A stretch of 29,539 nt of DNA from Deltaproteobacteria bacterium (GTDB lineage: Bacteria; SAR324; JACQKK01), in assembly GCA_029879595.1 (NCBI GenBank), contig JAOUPZ010000001.1, forward strand, positions 1 through 29,539, read 5' to 3'. Shown one piece after another: positions 8,454 to 18,450 of this stretch. The notes under the pieces were generated by a model. That model saw only the letters and a program-made list of their open reading frames with translations, was not told the DNA's origin and searched no databases. The number at the start of each line of letters is the position of its first letter. The stretch's first letter is position 1. The position numbers and the translations under genes are program-made.

Positions 8454-8981
8454 ATGAAAAGATGGATTATCCCCGCCCTGGCGGCGGTGATGCTGTTTTC
8501 GGCATCCAACAGCGCCCACGCGCTGATTTCGGCCACACTGGACGTCCCCGTATCATACGCCTTCAATGATTCGGATATTGAAACCGATGGCGTATCGGGT
8601 ACCAAGATCGGTATATCCCTGCCTATCTTCATTGGTCTGGCGCTGGAAAAATACGAGGTGACGATCAAGAATGCTCCCGGGCTTTCTCCCATCAGCTATG
8701 CGGTCAGCATGTACGATTTCTATATTGATCTTCCCTTTCCCTTCCTCAACCTGGGCCTGGGCGCAGGCATTGGCAAGGGAGACCTCACCGGCGATGGTGT
8801 GAACCAGTACGGCCCGGTACCACTGGGGCAGTGGTTCGCCACCCTGGGATACCCCTTCCTGGGCCTGTTCGATATCCACATGGGATACCACAGCATATCC
8901 GGCAAGGCCCGCAAGAAGGGCAACCCTGATATAGACATGGGCGCCACCATGTACACTGTAGGTTTCAGGGTTGGATTCTAA
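8454..8981 (+). CDS. Small outer-membrane beta-barrel protein (175 aa)
   Basis: AAGGAG SD, Sec signal MKRWIIPALAAVMLFSASNSAHA, alternating amphipathic strands, C-terminal GFRVGF. Confidence 0.75.
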   Translation: MKRWIIPALAAVMLFSASNSAHALISATLDVPVSYAFNDSDIETDGVSGTKIGISLPIFIGLALEKYEVTIKNAPGLSPISYAVSMYDFYIDLPFPFLNLGLGAGIGKGDLTGDGVNQYGPVPLGQWFATLGYPFLGLFDIHMGYHSISGKARKKGNPDIDMGATMYTVGFRVGF

Positions 8982-8998
8982 CAGAATCCCCCCGGCAT

Positions 8999-9031
8999 AA
9001 AAAAAGGGAGCAATGTCTCCATTGCTCCCTT
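8999..9031 (-). terminator. Rho-independent terminator for the SPOR gene
   Basis: Perfect 12-bp stem AAGGGAGCAATG/CATTGCTCCCTT with a 4-nt loop. The A-run at 8999-9005 gives a U-tract on the minus strand. Confidence 0.8.
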
Positions 9032-9130
9032 GCTGTGCCTTCAGATCCCGCTCAGGCTCAACAAAAATATACCCGCTACAATCAAATACCCTTCGGCCTT
9101 GCAATCCCTAGCCGCCTGCCTGCCGAAAAG

Positions 9131-10393
9131 CTACTTCAATAAAACCATGTAGGCACCTTTGAATCGTTCGTCCAGCCGGGCCAAGTCATCCTTCATCCGG
9201 ACGGCCTGTTCTTTGTCCAGCGGAGCGATTCTGATCCTTTGAACCAGCCTGTCCCCATCCAGCTGCTGGCTGATCACCTGAATGCTGTCCGCGCTGACCC
9301 TGGCCAGCAGGATATCCCGGAACTTCCGGACACAGGAGTGAGATGTACAGGAGCCCACCTGCAGGGCGTAACCTGATCTGACCGCAGCCGGGGCCTGGTT
9401 TTCAGCCGGAGCTGTTTGTGCGGTAGCGGAGGGCTTTGCGGCTGTTTTGTTCGCGGCCCTGCCGTTGGCCATGTTGCTATCGGACGTTTCACCGCCAGCC
9501 TTTGTTCCATTGGCCTTTACTCCGTTGCCCAGCCTGGGGGGCTTGATTTTGGAGTCCACGCGGGGCAGTGCCAGGGGTTCCAGTCCGGCCGTGCTTCCCG
9601 GATTCAGTTCCGGCGCGGGCGGGGCCTCAACGGAGGCTTCATCCTCGGCGGAATCAGCCTCAACTGACTCCTCTGCGCCCTGCTCCACAACCGGAGGAGC
9701 GGCTTTGTTCTGGGATGATTTGTCCTGGGAAGCCTTCACAGGGGTGCCGTTTTCCGCCACCTTCTCCCCGCTTCCATTGTCCGCAGTCAGAACTGATGAA
9801 TCTTTCATCTGCTCATCCGCAGCGCTGTTTTTCCCGTTGAGGATCTCAGACAGGCGAATTTCCTGATCGGAAAACCGACCGGGGAGCTTCAGAGCGGCCC
9901 AGCCGCCCCCCACTCCCACCGCGAACAGCACCACGGCTATCACGGAGGCGCGCGCTATCTGCCATATGCCGGGGCCTGCCGGTTCACTTTCGCCAGGGGT
10001 AACAGGGCGGGCCGGTTTGCTTTTCGCGGCGGATGACACGGCGGCCTTTTTGATGGAGGGAAGCCTGGCCGGTGGGGCCAGCGCCAGATCCTCCAGCGGA
10101 ATCACCTTGTGGGAGCGCATGACCTTCATGCTTCCCCGGGATGAGCTTCCCGCAGCCGGTTTGCTCCCGGTGACATCCGGCAAAGGCGGGGCCAGATCTC
10201 CGGCTTGGGCTTCGCCCTGGTCTTTTTCCCCTGTCACGGGCTGGGCGGAAAGGCTCATTTCATCAAGTGAATTCAGCCGGGAGAAGAAATCGTTGAAACT
10301 GTTTATTTCCTGGTCAACCGCACCAGCATCCTGCTTGGTGGAGCCCTTTAAAGGCTCAAAGGCTGATTCCAGAGGGTTCGGCTCGGTGTTCAT
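9131..10393 (-). CDS. Bitopic SPOR-domain protein (FtsN/DedD-like architecture)
   Basis: Disordered N-terminus, one TM (VIAVVLFAVGVGGGWAAL), long A/P/E/K-rich linker, C-terminal YALQVGS...QRIRIAP...AYMV SPOR-like fold. Confidence 0.75.
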   Translation of the reverse strand: MNTEPNPLESAFEPLKGSTKQDAGAVDQEINSFNDFFSRLNSLDEMSLSAQPVTGEKDQGEAQAGDLAPPLPDVTGSKPAAGSSSRGSMKVMRSHKVIPLEDLALAPPARLPSIKKAAVSSAAKSKPARPVTPGESEPAGPGIWQIARASVIAVVLFAVGVGGGWAALKLPGRFSDQEIRLSEILNGKNSAADEQMKDSSVLTADNGSGEKVAENGTPVKASQDKSSQNKAAPPVVEQGAEESVEADSAEDEASVEAPPAPELNPGSTAGLEPLALPRVDSKIKPPRLGNGVKANGTKAGGETSDSNMANGRAANKTAAKPSATAQTAPAENQAPAAVRSGYALQVGSCTSHSCVRKFRDILLARVSADSIQVISQQLDGDRLVQRIRIAPLDKEQAVRMKDDLARLDERFKGAYMVLLK

Positions 10394-10759
10394 TAAACAG
10401 CGCTCCTGTTGTTGCAATCACATCCTGTGATTGTTTTCTTGGTTCATACCGCCCTGCCAGTTTTCCAGATTCATGGGCCGGTGGAGGGGTAAAACTTTCC
10501 TCTCAGTCCTTGTTAAAGCAAGACAAAGACCAAACCTGTGTGTTTTTCGCCTGTTTTTTTATGGGTAGGCCGGAGGCCCGGCGCAGATGTTTTAGGCCCG
10601 ACCGATTATCTGCCGGCTGACCGGTTTTCCGGGATTTGTTTTGTGATATATGAAAGGCAGGTATCAACGGGGGAGGTGATTCCGCAGGGCGGGGGAAGGG
10701 TACTGCTTCTTGCCAGAAGCAAGTATATGAAATAACAATGATTTTAATCGAGGTTTAAT

Positions 10760-11416
10760 ATGAAGAAATTCCTGTTTCTGTTGTTGGGGGCACTGTTGGC
10801 TTCACCGCTGGCCTTGACGGCCAAGGTATATAAGAACCCTGCCCAGAAATACGGCGAGGGCAGCTTCGCCGTGGGCTTCGGAATGGACAGCCAGACCCAG
10901 CCCTTTCCCGATGGCGACCTGGAGCATTCCTCCACCCTGATAAACTTCACCATCGGCATCGGCAAGGCCGGGGCGCTGGGTCTTCACGCCGGCTCCATGA
11001 GCGGCAGCATAGATGGAGGAGAGGCCATCAGCGGAAGCATCGCCGGGATCAGCTACCAGCAGCAGCTTGATCAGGGAACCAGCGACTTCAGCCGGGGCTT
11101 CAACCTGGCCTATATGTCCGGCTACGGTGAAACGGATAGCATCGGGGTTTCCTACTGGCGCTACGAGGGGTTGTTCGGGGCCGCCAAGAAGCTGGAAAAC
11201 AACATCTCGGCATACTTCGGGGGCGGGCTTAGCTTCGCCACGGTGGGTGTGGAGATGTTTTACTCCCCCTACTACTATTTCGAGGATGAGGCCAGCACCA
11301 GCCTGGCCGGCTTTGTGGGTATCGAGCTGCAAGCGGGAAAACAGGCCCTGCTGGGCGCCGAGTTGCACCTTTTGAATGAAACCGGCTTCGGACTGTACGC
11401 CGATATGCTGTTTTAG
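10760..11416 (+). CDS. Outer-membrane beta-barrel protein (218 aa)
   Basis: GAGG RBS, signal peptide MKKFLFLLLGALLASPLALTA, Gly/aromatic-rich strands, terminal Phe (YADMLF). Confidence 0.7.
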   Translation: MKKFLFLLLGALLASPLALTAKVYKNPAQKYGEGSFAVGFGMDSQTQPFPDGDLEHSSTLINFTIGIGKAGALGLHAGSMSGSIDGGEAISGSIAGISYQQQLDQGTSDFSRGFNLAYMSGYGETDSIGVSYWRYEGLFGAAKKLENNISAYFGGGLSFATVGVEMFYSPYYYFEDEASTSLAGFVGIELQAGKQALLGAELHLLNETGFGLYADMLF

Positions 11417-11420
11417 CCCC

Positions 11421-11447
11421 CCCGCGCCAGGTTAATCCTGGTGCGGG
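11421..11447. terminator. Hairpin between the convergent OMP and phoU genes
   Basis: CCCGCGCCAGG-TTAAT-CCTGGTGCGGG, 11-bp stem with one G-U pair. No U-tract. Confidence 0.5.
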
Positions 11448-11475
11448 AGGACCGGCAGGGCTCGGGCGCGTATCT

Positions 11476-12153
11476 TCAGCTGTTTTCCTTGAGAAACTCC
11501 TCGGCCTTGTGCCGGACGATTTCCCCGGCCACCATATAAATCACGTCCTCGGCGATGTTGGTGGCATGGTCGGCGATGCGCTCCAGGTGGCGAGATGTGC
11601 TCAGGCAGTGAATCAGGCTGCCGATCCGTTCTGGGTTGTCCAGGATTCCCTGCTGCACCTGGATGTACATTTCCCGGTTGATCGCATCCACCTCGTCATC
11701 CACCGTGCATACCTTCTTGGCCAGCCGGGAGTCCATGTTCACCAGGGCGTCCAGGCTGTCTTTGAGCATCCGCTTGGTCTTCTCGGACATTTCCTTGAAG
11801 TCGAACGGAATGTCCATGGGGGGGTGTGATGAGAGTACGATGGCCCTCTCCGCGATGTTCACCGCCAGGTCGCCTATGCGTTCCAGATCGTTGTTGATCT
11901 TCAGCACGGCGATTACGAACCGCAGGTCCACCGCCACCGGCTGGTGCAGGGCCAGCACCTTCAGGCATTCCTCCTCCAGCTCCACCTCCCTGCGGTCGAT
12001 CTCGGAGTCGGAGGCGATGATGCTTTCTGCCAGCTTGGTATCACGGTTGCTGAGCGACTCCACCGCCTTGTGAACGTTTTCCTCCACCTCGGCCCCCAGG
12101 GCCAGCACCATTTTTTTCAGGTGATCTATTTCGCGTTGCAGATGTATGGTCAT
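11476..12153 (-). CDS. phoU: Phosphate signalling complex protein PhoU
   Basis: D.EID..E..LEEECL..LAL.QPVA.DLR, NNDLERIGDLAVNIAE, D.EVD, RHLERIADHATNIAE. Last gene of the pst operon. Confidence 0.97.
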   Translation of the reverse strand: MTIHLQREIDHLKKMVLALGAEVEENVHKAVESLSNRDTKLAESIIASDSEIDRREVELEEECLKVLALHQPVAVDLRFVIAVLKINNDLERIGDLAVNIAERAIVLSSHPPMDIPFDFKEMSEKTKRMLKDSLDALVNMDSRLAKKVCTVDDEVDAINREMYIQVQQGILDNPERIGSLIHCLSTSRHLERIADHATNIAEDVIYMVAGEIVRHKAEEFLKENS

Positions 12154-12222
12154 GTTTCTTTGTTCCAGTCCTTGTTTTTACTGAATCGGCGTCTCGGCTG
12201 CCTCCCCGGCCGGGGCAGGCCA

Positions 12223-13035
12223 TCATCCGAAGCGGCCGGTGATATAATCCTGAGTCTGTTTTCTCTCCGGTTGGGTAAAGGTATTCCCGGTGTGGTTGAA
12301 CTCGATCAGTTCCCCCATGTACAAAAAGGCCGTGTACTCTGATACCCGGGCCGCCTGCTGCATATTGTGGGTCACGATCACCACGGTGTATTTTTCCTTG
12401 AGCTCGTCTATCAGCTCCTCAATACGCGCCGTGGCGATGGGGTCCAGCGCCGAACAGGGCTCGTCCATCAGGATCACATCGGGGTTGACGGCAATGGCCC
12501 GGGCGATGCAGAGCCGCTGCATCTGCCCCCCGGACAGCCCCAGGGCGCTTTCATGCAGCCGGTCCTTGACCTCGTTCCACAGCGCGGCTCCCTGCAGCGA
12601 AGCCTCCACCGCCTCGTCCAGCCGGGCCTTTGATTTCACTCCCGCTATTCTGAGGCCGTAGATGACGTTCTCATAGATGGACTTGGGAAACGGGGTATAG
12701 GACTGAAAGACCATCCCCACCTTGCGGCGCAGCTCAATGACATCCAGCTCCGGCGAGTGGATATCGGTACCTTCCAGTATGATCTCCCCGGACAGGGTCA
12801 CCCCGTCCACCAGGTCGTTCATGCGGTTCAGACAGCGCAGCAGGGTAGACTTGCCGCAGCCGGAAGGACCGATGAAGGCCGTGACGGTATCCCGGGGAAT
12901 GCTGACGCTGATGTCCTTTAGCGCCACCTTGTCCCCATAACTCATGGTCAGGCCCTTGATTTCGATGGCCGGGTCATTCACCTCCACCACATAGGGCGGT
13001 TCCAGCGCCGATCCGGCCTGCTTGACTTCGTTCAT
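12223..13035 (-). CDS. pstB: Phosphate ABC transporter ATPase
   Basis: Walker [10 protein letters not shown], signature LSGGQMQR, Walker B ILMDEP, THN switch, C-terminal YITGRFG. AAGGAG SD before ATG 13035. Confidence 0.97.
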   Translation of the reverse strand: MNEVKQAGSALEPPYVVEVNDPAIEIKGLTMSYGDKVALKDISVSIPRDTVTAFIGPSGCGKSTLLRCLNRMNDLVDGVTLSGEIILEGTDIHSPELDVIELRRKVGMVFQSYTPFPKSIYENVIYGLRIAGVKSKARLDEAVEASLQGAALWNEVKDRLHESALGLSGGQMQRLCIARAIAVNPDVILMDEPCSALDPIATARIEELIDELKEKYTVVIVTHNMQQAARVSEYTAFLYMGELIEFNHTGNTFTQPERKQTQDYITGRFG

Positions 13036-13079
13036 GCTCTCCTTGCGGCCGGTCCGCATCGTCGGTCCGGCGCGTAAAA

Positions 13080-14714
13080 TCAGAATGTGGCGGTCTGCAG
13101 CTTTTTGCGCAGACTGTTCCTGAGCCAGATCGCCGTGATGCTCAGCACCAGGACAATGACAATCAGCAGCAGGGTTGTAATATACACCATGGGCTTGGCG
13201 GCTTCCACGTTGGGTGACTGAAAGCCCACATCAAAGATATGGAAGCCCAGGTGCATGAATTTTCGCTCCAGGTGGATAAAGGGAAACTGCCCGTCCAGCG
13301 GCAGGCTGGGAGCCAGCTTCACCACGCCCGTTATCATCAGCGGGGCCACCTCGCCCACGGCGCGGGCCATGGCCAGTATGAACCCGGTGAGAATACCCGG
13401 CACGGCCATGGGAATCACCACCCGCACCAGCGTCTGGAACTTGGTGGCGCCCAGGGCCAGGGAGGCCTCGCGCAGTCCCCGGGGAATGGCGGACAACCCC
13501 TCCTCGGTGGCCACCACCACCACCGGAATGGTGAGCAGCGCCAGGGTCAGGCTGGCCCAGAGAATGCCCCCGGTGCCAAAGGTGGGCGTGGGCAGGCGCT
13601 CCTGAAAGAACACATCGTCGATGACTCCCCCCACTCCATACACGAAGAACCCCAGGCCGAACACCCCGAACACTATGGACGGCACGCCCGCCAGATTGTA
13701 AACGGCTATGCGCACCATGCGCACCAGCAGGCCCTCCCGGGCATACTCCCGCAGATAGATCGCCGCCACCACCCCCATGGGCAGGGAGAAGACACTCATG
13801 ATCAGCACCATCATCACCGTGCCGAAGATGGCCGGGAACAACCCGCCCTCGGTGTTGGACTCCCTCGGTTCGCCCGTCAGCAGTTCGCCCAGCTTGGAAA
13901 GGTAGAAGCCCGTCTTGGCAAAGACCCCCATGGAGTTGGGGCGCACGGCCCGGACGATCTCCGTCAGCGAAATCACCGCCTCGTTGCCGGCGGAATCGGC
14001 GAATACGGCCTTGTTGGATTCAAGGGCCCTGGTCTGTTCCACGATCTCCCTGTTGCGCTCCTCGAAAATCCGGGTCAGCTCGTCGGAGCGGGCCTGCAGC
14101 CGGGCCAGTTCGCCTGCCGGGGTTTCCCCGTCAATACCAGCGCGGGAATTTTCGTGGCGCAGCCGGGCCATCCGCAGCCGGATATCCTCCGTTTCCTGAG
14201 TCAGTTCCATCAGGTCGTCCAGACGCTCCAGCAGCGCCTCCTTGCGCTCCCAGGCCTGGCTGCGGGCCAGCTTGAAGCTCTGCCAGGCGTCTTTTCCCTG
14301 GGGGGCCGCGATATCCTTCAGCCGCAGGCCCTTGAGGAATCCGTAGAAGTTTCCGAACTCGACCCGTTCCAGCATCACCGCATCCGGCGGCGTTTCCACT
14401 TGCTGGACGGCCTCGCCCTTCACCCACTGGAAATCCATCCCGTACAGGTCGCGGTTGCCCACCTTGATCCTCAGGTTATCCCCGCCGTACCTCGCCTGAT
14501 CACCCTGGCCGGGCTCCCGGCCGGCCAACTCGCCCATGACCGGGGGGCTGTCCGTCAGCCGCAGCAGCACTAGTTCCTTGGGCCAGAAAAACCCCAGCCC
14601 GTTCACCATCACCACCAGCAGCAGCACGACAACGATCAGCAGCGTCAGGCAGACTGCCGCCGCGGTCCCCCAGACATAGTGCTCACCCTGTCTCCAGCTT
14701 TTTCTCATAGTCAT
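13080..14714 (-). CDS. pstA: Phosphate ABC transporter permease PstA, long form
   Basis: [39 protein letters not shown]-loop [12 protein letters not shown]. Large extracytoplasmic coiled-coil domain. Confidence 0.95.
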   Translation of the reverse strand: MTMRKSWRQGEHYVWGTAAAVCLTLLIVVVLLLVVMVNGLGFFWPKELVLLRLTDSPPVMGELAGREPGQGDQARYGGDNLRIKVGNRDLYGMDFQWVKGEAVQQVETPPDAVMLERVEFGNFYGFLKGLRLKDIAAPQGKDAWQSFKLARSQAWERKEALLERLDDLMELTQETEDIRLRMARLRHENSRAGIDGETPAGELARLQARSDELTRIFEERNREIVEQTRALESNKAVFADSAGNEAVISLTEIVRAVRPNSMGVFAKTGFYLSKLGELLTGEPRESNTEGGLFPAIFGTVMMVLIMSVFSLPMGVVAAIYLREYAREGLLVRMVRIAVYNLAGVPSIVFGVFGLGFFVYGVGGVIDDVFFQERLPTPTFGTGGILWASLTLALLTIPVVVVATEEGLSAIPRGLREASLALGATKFQTLVRVVIPMAVPGILTGFILAMARAVGEVAPLMITGVVKLAPSLPLDGQFPFIHLERKFMHLGFHIFDVGFQSPNVEAAKPMVYITTLLLIVIVLVLSITAIWLRNSLRKKLQTATF

Positions 14715-14766
14715 ATTCCGTCGGCCCTCAACCGACCGCCTTCAGTCCCGCCACGGCGGGAAGCTG

Positions 14767-17136
14767 TCAGTACTGGCCGAACTTCTTGCGCAGTCTCATG
14801 CGCACCACTTCGGCCAGAGTATTCAGTATGAAAGTCGTTATGAACAAAAGCACCGCGGAAAGGAACAGGGTCCGGTACAGCGTTCCATCCACCGGTGCCT
14901 CGGGTATTTCCACGGCTATATTCGCCGACATGGTCCGCATCCCGTTGAAGATGCTCCAGTCCATCAGCGGGGTGTTTCCCGTGGCCATCAGCACAATCAT
15001 GGTTTCCCCGGTGGCCCGGCCCAGCCCCACCATCAACGCGGCGAAGATGCCCGGGCTGGCCGAGGGCAGGATCACCCGCCACACAGTCTGCCAGCGGCTG
15101 GCCCCCAGAGCCAGGGAGGCCGCCGTCAGGTTTCGCGGCACGTTCACCAGCGCGTCGTCGCTGATGGTGAAGATTATCGGCAGCACGGCGAATCCCAGCG
15201 CGGCGGATATCACGATGGAATTGCGCTGGTCGAAACGCACCCCCAGGTTCTCGAACAGCCAGGCCGGAAGCTCCCCGCCGAACAGGGCGGTATCCAGCCG
15301 GGCTCCCAGAACGAAGGCCAGCCAGACCCCCAGCAGCAGGGCCGGAGCCATGAACAGGAACTCGTGGCCCCGCACCAGCCGTGAAAAGAACGGATAACGC
15401 GCCAGCCCGCCATAGACCACCAGTGCGACCAGCACCGTCAGGGGCAGTATGCCCATAATCAGCAGAAACCCCGTCAGGGAGGCCTTTACCAGCGGGGCCA
15501 GCCAGAGCGCGGCCAGGAAGCCTATCACCACGGTGGGCACCGAACCCATGATCTCAAAGGCGGGTTTGATGTATCGGCGCAGGCCGGGCTGCATCAGGTG
15601 GCTGGTGTACATGGCCGCCAAAATGGCCAGGGGGGCCGCGAAGAGCATCCCCCAGAAGGTGCCCTTGAGAGTGCCGAAAACCAGCGGCATCAGGCTGAAT
15701 TTGGGCTCGAAGTCGTCAGTGCCCGAGGAAGACTGCCAGACATAGGCGGACCGGGGATAGTTCTCATACCAGATCTTGCCGAAATAGCCCCCCAGGCTCA
15801 CCTCGGGATGGGGAATCCGCAGGTGCCACAGGATGACCTGCCCGTCACCGGTAAGGGCGATATAGCCATCGTCCCGGGGACTGATGGCCCCCAGGATGAC
15901 TCCCGCCCCGGCTGGGGCGGAACCGCCGGGCCGGGTCTCCCCGTCTGTCAGGGTCAGCAGGTGCTGCTCGTTGGTAAGTTGATCCAGGTGCACAGTGCCC
16001 GAACTGGAGATGCTGGCGGTGAACTTTGACTGGTGGGCCGGCTGAAAACCCTTCACGGGCCGGGGATGTGGCTTGATGCGGTGCACCAGGGCCAGCACCC
16101 GCATTCCTTCATCCCCCCGGGGCACGGGAAACCAGCCGGAAACTCCGCCCTTTTCATCACCCACCAGCAGGGTGGTGTCTCCGAGCAGCATCCCCAGGGA
16201 GGTGATCACCCGCCCGTCGGGAAACCCCTGCAGGCGGTCCAGCAGCCGGATGTCCTCCGGGTCCTGCAATGTCCAGCGCAGCAGGTGGCCGTCCTCGGTG
16301 CCTGCGTACAGGTTGTTCCCCTCGCTGTCCAGTTGCAGCGCGGTAATGGGCGCCTCCAGGCCTGTCTCCAGGATTTCCCTGAAGTTTTCCAGGGTTTCCT
16401 CGCCCAGCAGATCCATTCCGCGGATATGCTTTTCCACCAGGATTTTGCCGTCCTGCAGCAGGCTCACCCGGGTCTGGGTCTCCTCGTCCTCGCCGCCGAA
16501 AACCCGCCCCAGGGACAGCAGGGCCGGGTTGGCCCGCTCCTCCACACCCGAGTGGGTCAGGCTGGCCTGCTGGTCCACCATGCGCTCCATGGAAGGCCGC
16601 CCCTGCGGGTCAAACACCCGCCGGGAATATATGCGTACCAGGTTCAGGGTGCCATCACTCCACAGCAGGGAGTATTTTCCGCCCCCCAGGGGGTCCGCAT
16701 GGACCAGCCCCGGGCGGCTTCCCTGCTCCGGCTCTCCCGGCTCACCCGGCTCAGCGGTCCTGGCTGCTTCCGGGCCTTCCGGCCGGTCGGTCTCCCCGAC
16801 GGATTCCGGCGGGGGGTACAAATCGCGGGTGTCCAGCAGCCGGCCCTGTTTCAGATCAAAAAAGCCGACCTCGCCCTGGCCGGTGATCACATATCCCACC
16901 TCCAGGTAATCGTCCACGCCCACCGCCAGGAGTTCCCGCCCTTCGCCGGATACACGGGGCAGCGGGAACGAGGCCACCTGCTGGGCCGCAGGGGGGAGCA
17001 GCAGCGGAACGGCCACATTGGCTATCAGCACCAGAATCCCCAGCACGCAGATGATGACGAAGAGCCCCCCGGCCGTAATCAGCCAGTTGGCCATCCGGTC
17101 GCGGCGCCTGACCCGCCTCAGCAGTTTCTGGTCCAT
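14767..17136 (-). CDS. pstC: Phosphate ABC transporter permease PstC, long form with a beta-propeller-like N-terminal domain
   Basis: C-terminal PLVFGTLKG, IKPAFEIMGSVPTVVIG, ASLALGASRWQT, GRATGETMIVLMATGN. About 430 aa of WD40-like repeats after the first TM. Confidence 0.93.
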   Translation of the reverse strand: MDQKLLRRVRRRDRMANWLITAGGLFVIICVLGILVLIANVAVPLLLPPAAQQVASFPLPRVSGEGRELLAVGVDDYLEVGYVITGQGEVGFFDLKQGRLLDTRDLYPPPESVGETDRPEGPEAARTAEPGEPGEPEQGSRPGLVHADPLGGGKYSLLWSDGTLNLVRIYSRRVFDPQGRPSMERMVDQQASLTHSGVEERANPALLSLGRVFGGEDEETQTRVSLLQDGKILVEKHIRGMDLLGEETLENFREILETGLEAPITALQLDSEGNNLYAGTEDGHLLRWTLQDPEDIRLLDRLQGFPDGRVITSLGMLLGDTTLLVGDEKGGVSGWFPVPRGDEGMRVLALVHRIKPHPRPVKGFQPAHQSKFTASISSSGTVHLDQLTNEQHLLTLTDGETRPGGSAPAGAGVILGAISPRDDGYIALTGDGQVILWHLRIPHPEVSLGGYFGKIWYENYPRSAYVWQSSSGTDDFEPKFSLMPLVFGTLKGTFWGMLFAAPLAILAAMYTSHLMQPGLRRYIKPAFEIMGSVPTVVIGFLAALWLAPLVKASLTGFLLIMGILPLTVLVALVVYGGLARYPFFSRLVRGHEFLFMAPALLLGVWLAFVLGARLDTALFGGELPAWLFENLGVRFDQRNSIVISAALGFAVLPIIFTISDDALVNVPRNLTAASLALGASRWQTVWRVILPSASPGIFAALMVGLGRATGETMIVLMATGNTPLMDWSIFNGMRTMSANIAVEIPEAPVDGTLYRTLFLSAVLLFITTFILNTLAEVVRMRLRKKFGQY

Positions 17137-17153
17137 GGTGCGTCCTTTCCTGG

Positions 17154-18170
17154 TCAGGGAAGATTCTTGAGCTGCTTAAGGGCCATTTTAGCCGGCAAAG
17201 GCAGATAGCCGTCCTTCACCACCACTTCCTGGCCCTGCCGGGACAGCACGAAGCGCAGAAACTCGGCGGTGATCTTGTCCAGCGGTTTGCCCGGGGTTTG
17301 AACTATGTAGATGAACAGGGCCCGTGACAGGGGGTACTTGCCCTTCAGGACATGGGCGTATTCCGGGGGATAGGCCTTGCCGCCGTTTTTCTTGCTGATG
17401 GGCACCACCCTCACCCCGGAGGTCTTATAGCCGATGCCCGAATAGCCGATGGCCCCCAGGTCGGATTCCACGCCCTGCACCACCGAGGCCGAGCCGGGCT
17501 GCTCCTTCACCCGGTCCTTGAAGTCGCCCTTGAACAGGCCCACCTCCTTGAAATAGCCATAGGTGCCCGAAGCCGAGTTGCGGCCATACAGACTGATGGA
17601 ACGGTTGGCCCAGGGGGCGGTCAGGCCCAGCTGTCCCCAGGTGAATATGTCCCGGGGCATCCCCCCCCGCCGGTTCTTGGAAAATATGGCGTCAACCTGG
17701 GGCAGGGAGAGGCTTTCCAGGGGGTTGTCCTTGTGAACGAAGATCGCCAGGGAGTCCAGCGCCACCCCGAAGCGGGTCGGCTTGAAGCCGAAACGGGACT
17801 CGAACCTTTCGATCTCGCTGTTTTTCATGGCCCGCGACATGGGACCCAGCTGCGCCGTGCCCTCGACCAGCGCCGGGGGGGCCGTGCTGGAACCCTTGCC
17901 TTCCACCTGGATATTGACGTTGGGATATATCTTGCGGAAGGTCTCGCTCCACAGGGTCATCATGTTGTTCAGGGTGTCCGAGCCCACGCTGTTCAGATTG
18001 CCGGAGACCCCGGACACAGGCTTGTATTCCGGCAGGTCGGGATCGACCTTGATCTGAGCGGCCGCGGGTGAAACCAGCGCCAGCCAGAAAACCAGCGCCA
18101 GCGGCAGGAGCGTTCCGTAAACAGGGTGTCCGGTTGATCTGGGGGTTTTCATGAATCTCAATAATTTCAT
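17154..18170 (-). CDS. pstS: Phosphate-binding periplasmic protein
   Basis: SVGSDTL, IQVEGKGSSTA, GPMSR, YGRNSASGTY, YPLSRALFIY. Sec signal ending PAAA. Start could be 18170 or 18152, and neither has a clear SD. Confidence 0.96.
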   Translation of the reverse strand: MKLLRFMKTPRSTGHPVYGTLLPLALVFWLALVSPAAAQIKVDPDLPEYKPVSGVSGNLNSVGSDTLNNMMTLWSETFRKIYPNVNIQVEGKGSSTAPPALVEGTAQLGPMSRAMKNSEIERFESRFGFKPTRFGVALDSLAIFVHKDNPLESLSLPQVDAIFSKNRRGGMPRDIFTWGQLGLTAPWANRSISLYGRNSASGTYGYFKEVGLFKGDFKDRVKEQPGSASVVQGVESDLGAIGYSGIGYKTSGVRVVPISKKNGGKAYPPEYAHVLKGKYPLSRALFIYIVQTPGKPLDKITAEFLRFVLSRQGQEVVVKDGYLPLPAKMALKQLKNLP

Positions 18171-18189
18171 CAGAAGTTTTGCGGGGCCG

Positions 18190-18349
18190 TAGTATTAGCC
18201 GGTCATAGTATTAGCCGGTCATAGTATTAGCCGGTCATAGTATTAGCCTGTCGTAGTATTAGCCGGTCATAGTATGAGCCGGTCGTAGCATGAGCTGACC
18301 GCAACATTAGCCAGCCATAGCATGAGCCAGCCATAGCATGGGCCAGCCG
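18190..18349. repeat. Tandem array, 10 x 16 nt, consensus TAGTATTAGCCGGTCA
   Basis: Units start at 18190, 18206, 18222, 18238, 18254, 18270, 18286, 18302, 18318 and 18334. Units 1-3 and 5 are identical, and divergence increases toward 18349. No spacers. Confidence 0.97.
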
Positions 18350-18450
18350 GGGCATCGGGGCTGTTTTGCCGGTTCCACGTCCTTATCAATTTTTCGCGGA
18401 GTCCTTCACTGCTGAAGGAACCCCCGGGATTCTGAACAAAAGCATGAACC

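Noticed and set aside
10733-10752. Fur box before the second OMP gene
   Set aside because: About 10 of 19 matches, which is expected by chance in an AT-rich patch.
18190-18349. CRISPR array
   Set aside because: Units are directly adjacent with no unique spacers, are only 16 nt, and no cas gene is in the window.
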